A DNA stretch of 63,156 nt, filler included, from Aduncisulcus paluster (lineage: Eukaryota), in NCBI GenBank assembly GCA_024181965.1. It is 15 parts of 15 records of this genome, joined end to end, with 100 filler letters (N's around TTAATTAATTAA, not from the genome) between each part and the next. Parts side by side here need not be neighbours in the genome. Positions count along the whole stretch, not along the records: positions 36,274 to 44,201 come from BQXS01010234.1; positions 44,302 to 45,712 come from BQXS01010235.1; positions 45,813 to 57,136 come from BQXS01010236.1; 12 more parts are not named here. One strand, given 5' to 3'. Numbering within the stretch: position 1 is the first letter of the stretch; each line of letters starts with the position of its first letter. The translations under genes were made by a program, and so were the position numbers. The notes below the pieces were generated by a model. The model had not been told where the DNA came from and did no database searches. It was given only the letters and a program-made list of their open reading frames with translations. Positions 36,174-46,375 of this stretch are shown here, one piece after another.

Positions 36174-38342
36174 NNNNNNNNNNNNNNNNNNNNNNNNNNN
36201 NNNNNNNNNNNNNNNNNTTAATTAATTAANNNNNNNNNNNNNNNNNNNNNNNNNNNNNNNNNNNNNNNNNNNNCACAGAGATTTGCAAGAAGGCTTCTTA
36301 ATTGAATGAATGGATGTTTCGTGTCAAACACCTTGAGCTTCTTTTCTAAAGACCATCCCTCGGAGCACAGGTCTATTTCCAATGTGAGATCTTCCCTTTT
36401 TTTATTATTATTTTTTTTTGGTGTCGTGGAATTCACAGATACCGTTTCTAATCGATTAATCGACCAACAAATGAAGCTTTGAAAGATGTCTTGTTGAGTT
36501 GGCACACATCCAATTCATGATTAATATCAAAAGTGATTGGAGGATGATTCCATTAATCCAGGAATCTCCAGCTCTCCATGACAAAGTAGTCTTGAACTTC
36601 AGTGACTACCGTTCGAATTGTATATTCGTTTCTATAATTTGACTTTGTTCAAACGGAGCTTCGTTTTGCAGTCCATATCAAAGCGGTAACAACTTATTAC
36701 TATTCTTGAATTGTATTCCAGTTCGTGCTGGAACTTATGGGTTCTTTTGTTCTCTCCTTACCGTCCATCCGTCCACCAATTGTTTCTATCCACAAATTGA
36801 TGTCTGTTATATCTGTACTATCGACAAATCAAGTCCAATAATGGTACAATTAGGTCGCTTCTTTTTATTCTCATCAGACAACTGTGAAACGTATTCTGTG
36901 AAGACAAGTTGTTCAAAAGAGTTTTCAAGCACAACCTTTGCTCACTCTTTAGAACAGTAATTGCACTGCAAATTGATGGTCAATGGTGGAATTGACGCAG
37001 AGACACAAGTTATTCAAGAGTAAGAAATATTTGCGATTCAAGTGAAGATTTTGAAGTTATCTTGCGGATAGAGATTGCACTTACTCATACTCCTTCGTTC
37101 TTTCTTGTTTCAAATCAATCTGTCTTTCATTTGCTCCTGAACGGTCAATAATCTCAGGAGAGTGTGCAAATATTCCAAAAGATCACAACACAAAAACAAA
37201 AATGATCTGCATACTTTTGTCCCTTCACAAGTAATCACCTCTTAGTTGTTAGAGGACTGTGAGAAGCTATGGTTTGAATTCTTTAACAGTGGTGTTGCTA
37301 ATTTTAAACAGTTCGAACAAAAAGGTTATATCTCTCATAAGATACTATTTTAAAGTTCAGAACTCCATGTATTTATATTTATATTTATATTTTATTCCTC
37401 TCGTGGAGTAACCAGTGATGATAAAGATAGAGAACGAATGATAGATCACCACAAACAAAAGGGGATGATCATCTGAACGATCGTAACAATGATTTTCGTA
37501 TCTTTTCAACCAAAAGAAGGTATGATATGACATTATTTCCAAATATTCCTAAGTTGTGTTCTAAAAATAGAAATTCTAAAAATAGAAATGGTGTTTCATA
37601 TTTTGTTGTTTAAGTTGTTTTTTGCCCAAATTTATGGGGGATTTGGTTCCCATCCTCCGACAATTACCTAGATTCCTTCCAAAGATGAAGTTGAAGGAAG
37701 GTACATTCTTCACATTCGCTTCGTTCGGTTCTTTCTGATGTCGACTTTTGATTNNNNNNNNNNNNNNNNNNNNTTTCAACCAAAAGAAGGTATGATATGA
37801 CATTATTTCCAAATATTCCTAAGTTGTGTTCTAAAAATAGAAATTCTAAAAATAGAAATGGTGTTTCATATTTTGTTGTTTAAGTTGTTTTTTGCCCAAA
37901 TTTATGGGGGATTTGGTTCCCATCCTCCGACAATTACCTAGATTCCTTCCAAAGATGAAGTTGAAGGAAGGTACATTCTTCACATTCGCTTCGTTCGGTT
38001 CTTTCTGATGTCAACTTTTGATTTATATCAACTAATAATGTCAATAAGAGTGTTTTATGCTTTCTGCGTGTGCATGATGTTGATTTCTCATGACAAATAA
38101 AAATGTCTGATATTTCAATGATTGAAAGAAGTAATTCATATCTTCAAAGTGGCTCGAACTACAAATTCATTCATTGATAGAATTCTAAGAATCCAACCAA
38201 AATCCACCATATTCTCCCATTGAAAGTGTCTATATGCCATGAATACCATGCTACTGCCAGTTTTCATAAAACCCTTCCATAATTACGACAGATTTTTGGA
38301 TCCCATATTTAATGTTAATACTTTTCGAAAAATGAAGATATA

Positions 38343-38415
38343 TCCGATGTGGTATAGCTGGTTAGAATGCATGGTTTTCACCCATGAGACCCGGGTTCGA
38401 GTCCCGGCATCGGAG
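38343..38415 (+). tRNA. tRNA-Glu (anticodon TTC)
   Basis: Acceptor stem TCCGATG/CATCGGA; anticodon arm CATGG-TTTTCAC-CCATG; T arm CCGGG-TTCGAGT-CCCGG; downstream T5 Pol III terminator. Confidence 0.95.
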
Positions 38416-39521
38416 TATTTTTCTCGGAACTTCTCGAACTCGTACTCTATGTGGCATATGGGACATTGCCGGATTATAATGATAGAGATTAGATTTAATA
38501 AATTGGCTTACGATATAGAGTACATAGCTCATAAGACTACAGTTTAATTTTAATTTTAATTTTTGATTAATTAAATAACCTTCCACACACCTTCTACCTC
38601 CAATGTTATCATTTATTTGTTTATTAGGACAGGTATCAGACAAAAGAAAAGAAATACCAAGTGATTCAATATACCAAACCAAATAGAAAGATACAAATTC
38701 AATTATTTACAAAACAGATCTCAAATAAAGTTCTTTACATATAGCTTAAATGAAAAAAAATATAATTAAATATGATATATAAAAGTGTAGACAGCTCAGC
38801 TCTCATAAGCTAATTAATCATCGCCATTGTGATCGGGAAAGTGACAAAAACCAGAACAAACCACAATACATTCAACTATTCATTGCAAAACTAATCGAAC
38901 CATCCAGACAATACCAGAAAGCCGGAGCATATCGCGAACGATGATACCATCATAGCAATACAAATATCATTCAGATACCCCAAACTAATCCGCACAAATA
39001 ATCAACACAAAGCAGATGCAACCAATTTCCATCCAAACACACCACACAATAACATCTAGTCGGTAATTTTTCATCAAGGCTGCCACAAGATCATAAAATA
39101 CACAAATTCACCTTCACAAATACAATACAATGGGTCACAAAAGTTCCCCATAATACAAATAAAAGATTCACTGAATCATGTATCTCAGATCTGCAAAGAA
39201 AACGAGAAAAGAAAAAGGTGAAAAAATAAGTTTGCCATCTAAAAATAGGAAATCCAAGATGCTCGACAGAACTTGGGATGGAATCGATTAATATGGAATA
39301 ATAACAACACCCAATGGTTTAATTCTTAATAATGGTCGTTTGCAAGTTGCCTCTCGTAATAATGAAGCCAAAAAATTGTTTTCAAAAAATAACACCACAA
39401 AACAGCGTTACAGAAAGTAAATTTATTGTTATTAAGAACCTCTTCGAAAGAATAAACAAGATTAAGGACGCTCAGTTTATCAATTGGAATTTGACGAGAA
39501 TATCCATTTTTTGTTTTTGAT

Positions 39522-41975
39522 TTATATTTTCGTTTCTTTCTTCTTAGCCTCAACCCTCTTGCTCTTTCGAATAGCCATCATGGTTCTCACTTTCTTCCTT
39601 AAATTCTTCCTCATTTTCTCTTGGCTCTCACAAGAATCTATTTCATTGAAGATTTGAATCGCTTGGGAAACCTTTTCTTGCCGAACAGTAGAACGAGATT
39701 TGACTTCCGTTCTTCCTTTCGATTTATCCTCTTCTTCCTCTTCCCCCTTTTCTTTTCTGCTTCCTGAATCCCACAATTGTATTTTGGTTTTAGTTTTGGC
39801 AAAGTCTTGAACCATTTTGTGCAATTTTTGACATCCCACCACAGGACAAATGTGTAGCTCACGCAGAGGTTGGTAACCAAGCATGTCTCTCTTAATCAGA
39901 CACTGGAGAAGCTGTCTAATCTCTGCAATCGATGGAGCAGGAAACATTCCTTCGAGGTCAAGGTAAGTGAAATCAGACTGACGAAGAAGGAATTGAAACA
40001 CATGTCCGCAGATGAGTGAAAAATCAATTGGATTTGTTCCCAAGACAAGGAGCATGAAACGACGCTTTGGAACAAATTCTGGAAGCACCTTGGAGACTCC
40101 TGTCGTTTTCTTTTCTTTTTCATAATTCATGATCCAATGTCCCTGTGAAAGCATTTCGAGTAAGGGAATCACGCTAGTAGCCGTTAGATCATTGAGATAT
40201 AAGTTCAGTTTAGCNNNNNNNNNNNNNNNNNNNNCTGTCTAATCTCTGCAATCGATGGAGCAGGAAACATTCCTTCGAGGTCAAGGTAAGTGAAATCAGA
40301 CTGACGAAGAAGGAATTGAAACACATGTCCGCAGATGAGTGAAAAATCAATTGGATTTGTTCCCAAGACAAGGAGCATGAAACGACGCTTTGGAACAAAT
40401 TCTGGAAGCACCTTGGAGACTCCTGTCGTTTTCTTTTCTTTTTCATCATTCATGATCCAATGTCCCTGTGAAAGCATTTCGAGTAAGGGAATCACGCTAG
40501 TAGCCGTTAGATCATTGAGATATAAGTTCAGTTTAGCCAATTTTGGACAGTGTTCATCAATAACTGGTATAAGAGCCATCAATCCACCATCTCTGATCAT
40601 AGCTCCACTGAAACTCAGACTAACCAACTCAGTCCAGCTCGGAACAAATCTAGACAGCCATCTAGCTCCCAAAATATCAACATGGTTGTAAGACAAAACG
40701 ATGTTCTGTAGAGAATCACAATGAGACAATACGAGAAAGAGCATCTTAAGATCCTCAGAAGGTAAGTAAGTTCCCCAGAATATGCCTTGCTTAACACCAT
40801 CAAATGACAATACTTGTTCCCCACTCTCACGAGACCTGGAGAACTGATTGATCAAAGATTGTATCTTTCCTTTCTCAGCATTAGGTTTTAACGCAAGAAG
40901 ACAAGAGATAGCCTGTTCAGGCGTCAATCGAGGTAGTTTTGTATCGAACCAAGCTTCTTCTTCTTCTGCTTTTCTCTTATCTTCCTCCTCTTTACGAATC
41001 CTATCCCCTTCTTTCGCTGCAACACCATCGAACAAGTCCAGGTCAGCTCTCATTTTGTCCTCAGGAGTTAGCAAAGCTGTCTCCTTATCATCTGCTTCCT
41101 TCGTTTTCTGCTTTCTCTCCTCCTTCAGTCTTCTGAGTTCCCTCCGTGTTTGTGCGTATTGCATCCATCCTTGCTCCATCTCATTCACACTCATCGAATT
41201 TACATATTCCACCGAATCCTCTCTCTTGACAGCAAACAAGGAAGGAGTTGAATCGTAACAGAGCACAGGAAGCGTACAGTGTGCACACGATCCAAACAGG
41301 AATCCATTACACGAGGGACACACACAACCAGAGTAAAGGAATTGGGAACATAACTGGGAAGCCACACGTGCAGAAAGACGTCGTTCAAGCTGTACGTTAA
41401 CCATGGCAGACAAAATAGCGACAATATGATCCACGTAGGAAGAAAAAGCCTCCAATCTGCGTCGGGTGAGAGCCACAATGGAATTAGAGATATTCGAGAA
41501 TATATCACTATCGCTCTCTTCTTCAGTCACACATAGAATAGAAGGATGTTCAGGACTATTCCAGGGAATTGGAACGAAAGGAGAGCGTTCAACAATGTCA
41601 AGAACACGTTTTGAAGCCAAGATTCTATTCTCGCCGTCTTTGAATGCTTCGAGCATCTTGTCAATAAGAGGACGACGCGAATCACCTCCTGAAGTACTCT
41701 GATCTTCATCTCCTTCAATCTCGCCCATAGGAGGAGGATGCAGCTCATAAATAGCCCCTCCTGGAATACCATAGTCACGACTGATAAGTTCAAGACAAAC
41801 AAATCCTGTCGAATAAGCATCAGAGAGTGGGGTAACCTCACGGACACGACGTCCTTCCCTACTCTCGGGTGCAGCATATCGCTGAGCACCAAACATATGT
41901 TCAATATCTCTCTCGGGCAGTATTGTAGACTTTGGAAAGAGGGAAGAAGAAGAAGAAGAAGCAGAAGAAGCAGAA

Positions 41976-42016
<41 letters not shown>

Positions 42017-43762
42017 AGAAGAAGAAGAAGAGGAAGAGGAGGAAGAAGAAGAAGAAGAGGAAGAGATAGATGATTCTTTCTCCTTCTCTTTGTCTTCTAA
42101 TTCAATGTCATCAAGTTTAGAATACTCTGCAGAAGAAGTTGCAGATAGATAGGGAGAACATGACTGGGCAACTGAATCTATGGAGGAAGAGGTAATCGAG
42201 AGATTTTGATGAGCATCTCGAGATATCATTCCTTTCTGTATTACATCGTTAAAATTATCCTCCAGGGTGACAGAACGTTTGCCAGCAACTATCGAAGAAG
42301 ACTCAGAGAATCCTTGACTATCAATTTCCATCATCTCTTGTTGTTCTGAACTTTCAGAGAGGGAACCTGACCTCTTCTCGTAATAATACTCATCATAATT
42401 ATAATAATTACCATATTCCGGGTATTCTTGTTCTTCTTCCCATTCTTCTTGTTCTTCTTCTGCATCCTCCGATTCCCTTTCATATCTTGTACAGTAGTCA
42501 TCTCGGTGAGTGGCAGCAGTATTGCCCTTCAATCCAATTCCACCAACATCCATCACTAATTGAGAAGAAGAGGAGGAAGAAGAAGAAGGGGAAGAAGAAG
42601 AAGAATCTGCTGGGGCTGAAGAAGAGGAAGATCCACTTGGAATTGACTCATGGAGAGCTCGCCCTCTGCGAACTTCTTCAGGGAGTGATTCGTCAGTGAG
42701 TGATTCGTCAGTGAGTGATTCGTTAAACAAAGAAAGAATGGCATCAGACATTTTTTCAGTCATTCGCCTAGTTGTTGAGAAATCACTAACAAGAACTCGA
42801 AAAGTATTTCCAAACCACCCACCAACTTTCTTCGATTCATCATATATCCTCTCGGGAGATTTCCCTTTAGATTCTAATGGTGGGATCAAACTAATGCTCG
42901 GATGAACAGGGCCCTCATCTCTTATCAAAAAATTGTCGAGTTTGATATCTCCATGAGCTAGGGGTATAGCACTATGAATGGCACCGATGCAATGCAATAT
43001 CTCAGTGACGAGCATCATCTTTAAATAGGACATTGAGAATATATATGAAATAATCATGAGAACCTCATCCTCCGAAGTCGTTGGATCCTCGATATATTTT
43101 ATAATGTTGGTAATTCTATCGGGAGAGTCGGACAGTAAGAGCTTTCCGCGGGGAGATTCAATGTCATTCGATGTTGTTGGATCCTTTCGACTCAATCCAT
43201 GAGCCATGTTCAGCACTTTCACTTGTCTACAGAAAAAATTGATGACATCACCTTGAGCACATGCTTCCATACATATGGCAGAGAAAACACCCGGTGATAC
43301 AGAGCATTCTGACAGAGATTTAGTACCATTTCGGTATTCATCCCAATCAGAAAGCGACATGGAAGGATATTCACATTGGTCTAAAAAAAAGATGGGGCGA
43401 GGAACACGTAAGTTCACAACAGGATGAATTGAAAGGAAAAAAATAATATGAAATTCAGGAATAACATCAATTCGAAGCTTATCCTTCTTGCTAAATAATT
43501 TTATCGCAAAGTAATCCCCATCAACAGAGAGACCCATGACAGCCCCATAAGCACCTTTACCATACTTCATATGATCTGGAAGACGAGCTTTATCAATGAG
43601 ATCTTGAGCCATTCCAAGGGTTTCAACAAGTAATTTAGAAGGATCAAACAACTTATGTGACTTGGTCAATCGCTTAACTTTCCTTGCATACATTTCACTA
43701 TTATATTTAATTGAACTATAAGAAACATCTTTAGGTTCACTTTTTTTTTCTTTTTCAGGCAT
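39522..43762 (-). CDS. Divergent protein kinase with a large low-complexity insert and a C-terminal RNI-like LRR region; split by a gap duplication
   Basis: GKGAYGAV, FAIKLF, HGDIKLDNFLI, VSDFS, YAAPE and SDAYSTG; LRRs LQNIVLSYNHV, LVSLSFSGAMIRDGG and LAKLNLYLNDLT. Confidence 0.85.
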
Positions 43763-43967
43763 ATTGTGTCAAAATACTTTGCAGAAAACGGCTTTGATTA
43801 CAATTACAATTCTACACAGCATATTGAGATTTCAAACCTGACAAAATTAATATTATCGGAATTTAGTATTTATTTATGATTATTATTATCCTGGAGAATG
43901 TGGTGAGTAACTATTGGATCCTCACATTTCAATTTATGGAGAAATTATTTTCAAAATATTATCAAAA

Positions 43968-44201
43968 TTAGTCAATATGCTCAAATACAGCCATAACAAA
44001 GTCTTTATAGACACCAAATAACAATCCATCAGCTTGTTGATCGAGAACTCCCATACACGAGTGAAATAGACCCATAACATCCATTATAGCCATTTTAAGT
44101 TCAACATCAACCTCTCCAAGCCCAGAGATTCCATCGATATTCACAAGGAGTCCAGAGCAGGCCATCATGAAAGCGAATAGCATTACTGCATGACCAGTCT
44201 G
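43968..44201 (-). CDS. C-terminal fragment of a hypothetical protein
   Basis: Open frame from the contig edge to the stop at 43968, followed by AT-rich intergenic DNA. Confidence 0.5.
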   Translation of the reverse strand, partial: QTGHAVMLFAFMMACSGLLVNIDGISGLGEVDVELKMAIMDVMGLFHSCMGVLDQQADGLLFGVYKDFVMAVFEHID

Positions 44202-44301
44202 NNNNNNNNNNNNNNNNNNNNNNNNNNNNNNNNNNNNNNNNNNNNTTAATTAATTAANNNNNNNNNNNNNNNNNNNNNNNNNNNNNNNNNNNNNNNNNNN
44301 N

Positions 44302-45612
44302 CTTGGGTATTGTGGAGTGTATCGTAATGGGGTGTCTCAAGGGTTTTCCTTACCAATGGTAACATATGATTCGACGATCTCCCCAACCATCTCCGATCTT
44401 TCTGACCTTGATGATCCCATGCTATCTGCTCACCTCATCACGCGTGACGTACTATCCTCGATTGTGATTGATGAATTCTCGATTGTCCCACTCGAACCAA
44501 ATGTCGTTACACGTGTCTCCATCTCGTTTGCACTCTCAGCTTCGTTGGGAGGCCTTTGTCTTGTGTTGCTTTTGGTCTCCATCATGCTTGTCACTGTTGG
44601 TATGCACCAGTATATCCTTCGTTTCGCTGTAACGTACATGTCCGTTGCTGCCGTGTTGAAGAGTAAGACGGCCGGCCAGGCTCGAAGGGAAGATGTCGAG
44701 CGTGTGTGCCAAAAGATCTGTGGGACTCGTTCGAAGAAGCAAAGCATGGATTCTGTTGTCCAGAGTGCCCTTGTCCAACTCAGTGAATCATATGGTATCC
44801 CTGTAGAGACCCTGCAACCCAAGAACAAGAACTGGATGACCCAACAGAGTACATTTGTTTCACTCGTCTTTCTTGTGTTCTTTACGCTCTTATCCGTTTT
44901 GGCTGGCATTATTATCATAGTGTATGCCAAGAACGTGCCAAACACCGATATCTTGAGAGCTGCGAACAATCGTATCCATAGCACACATTCGTTGAGGCTT
45001 CTCTTCCAAGAAAACAATCATTTCCATTTATACGAGGATAAAGCACTTGCCCTTCGTCGTTTCGGATCGATCCACTCCCTTTCTGTCATTCACACTGAAG
45101 ACGATCTTGAATACATGCTTGTTAGGAATTCCAACAATCCAACCACTGCCGAGTGGTGGCCAGACAACTATGTCCTCGATCCATGGAGTGACTATACGAT
45201 TGCTGACACTGACGATGATGTCACTTATGGCACCTCAGATATAATAAGTCGAATCAAGCCTTCTTTCCAGGCACCACCAATCGCCTCTGCCCGAATTATG
45301 ACATCTTATGTCAACAAGAGTGTGTCAAGTTCTTACGGCGAGTTACCATTCGATGATATCGCTCGTGATAATATGCTCCAACATTCCCTGCATTTCTTCT
45401 CCGTTGCCAACGAAAATAGTGATTCACACCATACTTTGATCTCTACGGTGGTATGTTGTATCATTTTTGCATTCATTATATGCATTTTTATTGGTGTGTT
45501 GTTGTATAAGAATGTCGATATTGTTACGATATCAATCAGAAAGAGACTGATCATCTTTTGGAACATGATATCGGGGTACTCTCAGTGTCTAGATTCAAAT
45601 GAAGCATGCTAA
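44302..45612 (+). CDS. Multi-pass membrane protein, C-terminal part (three TM segments with an extracellular loop)
   Basis: 431+ aa ORF open at the contig start, with three long hydrophobic segments. Confidence 0.75.
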   Translation, partial: LGYCGVYRNGVSQGFSLPMVTYDSTISPTISDLSDLDDPMLSAHLITRDVLSSIVIDEFSIVPLEPNVVTRVSISFALSASLGGLCLVLLLVSIMLVTVGMHQYILRFAVTYMSVAAVLKSKTAGQARREDVERVCQKICGTRSKKQSMDSVVQSALVQLSESYGIPVETLQPKNKNWMTQQSTFVSLVFLVFFTLLSVLAGIIIIVYAKNVPNTDILRAANNRIHSTHSLRLLFQENNHFHLYEDKALALRRFGSIHSLSVIHTEDDLEYMLVRNSNNPTTAEWWPDNYVLDPWSDYTIADTDDDVTYGTSDIISRIKPSFQAPPIASARIMTSYVNKSVSSSYGELPFDDIARDNMLQHSLHFFSVANENSDSHHTLISTVVCCIIFAFIICIFIGVLLYKNVDIVTISIRKRLIIFWNMISGYSQCLDSNEAC

Positions 45613-45812
45613 TCAGTTCCCATGTTCTATTCGTACCACCATGTTGCATTTTATCCGATAACTATCTATAAGGGTCATATCTCGATAACGAGTCTGACGA
45701 AAATCATATTCANNNNNNNNNNNNNNNNNNNNNNNNNNNNNNNNNNNNNNNNNNNNTTAATTAATTAANNNNNNNNNNNNNNNNNNNNNNNNNNNNNNNN
45801 NNNNNNNNNNNN

Positions 45813-45913
45813 TGTTTGCGTGGTGTAGCTCCAATTTGTCCAGCATGACAACCTGGAGGAAGACCCAACTCCTCGCATGGGCAAGGAATGTCGTCTTCAA
45901 CATCAATGGACAT
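45813..45913 (-). CDS. N-terminal fragment of a hypothetical protein (MSIDVEDDIPCPCEELGLPPGCHAGQ...)
   Basis: ATG at 45913 marks the shift from AT-rich to coding-like composition; open to the contig edge. Confidence 0.45.
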
Positions 45914-45915
45914 AA

Positions 45916-46326
45916 CGGGTAATAATATCGTGGCAAGTACACATATTATTAAAATAGATGCAAAGAAAACAGCTTTTTGAGGCAGACGTAGAAAATTAGC
46001 AGGGAATAAACACATTTATGGGGGTAGTAATGGATATAATGAATATGGTCAATGGTAAATATGAATTACCAGAGGGACAAAATGGGATAATGGTGCCAAA
46101 AGATCAAATGTGAGGCAAAAATCAAACAAAAACAAAAACACCCTGTCAGACGAGTGAGTTCTTCTCACTCAATGAGCGTTGGCAAGTTTACTTCTTGTAG
46201 ACATATTATTGGGAAGTCACGGTCAGCGAATTAAACGAATTCTATTCTGTGCCAAGTGATAAATCATAGTTGGGAACGAGGAAGCTCTATGATTGGTATT
46301 GGCAAAGAACATGCAAGAAAATCATG
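45916..46326. repeat. 411-bp segment repeated in inverted orientation at 56692..57102
   Basis: Reverse-complement match by direct reading; coordinates at both ends sum to 103018. Confidence 0.9.
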
Positions 46327-46375
46327 CCAAAAGAAGACACTACAAGTTAAATCCCAATTTAATTTTACTAGATGA

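Noticed and set aside
36274..37350. Possible gene on the minus strand
   Set aside because: Coding-like composition but frequent stops and no recognisable motif; at most an unidentifiable relic.
41941..42070. (GAA/GAG)n tracts as standalone regulatory microsatellites or Arg-rich ORFs
   Set aside because: They encode poly-Ser or poly-Glu within real CDSs; the Arg-rich ORFs are off-frame readings.
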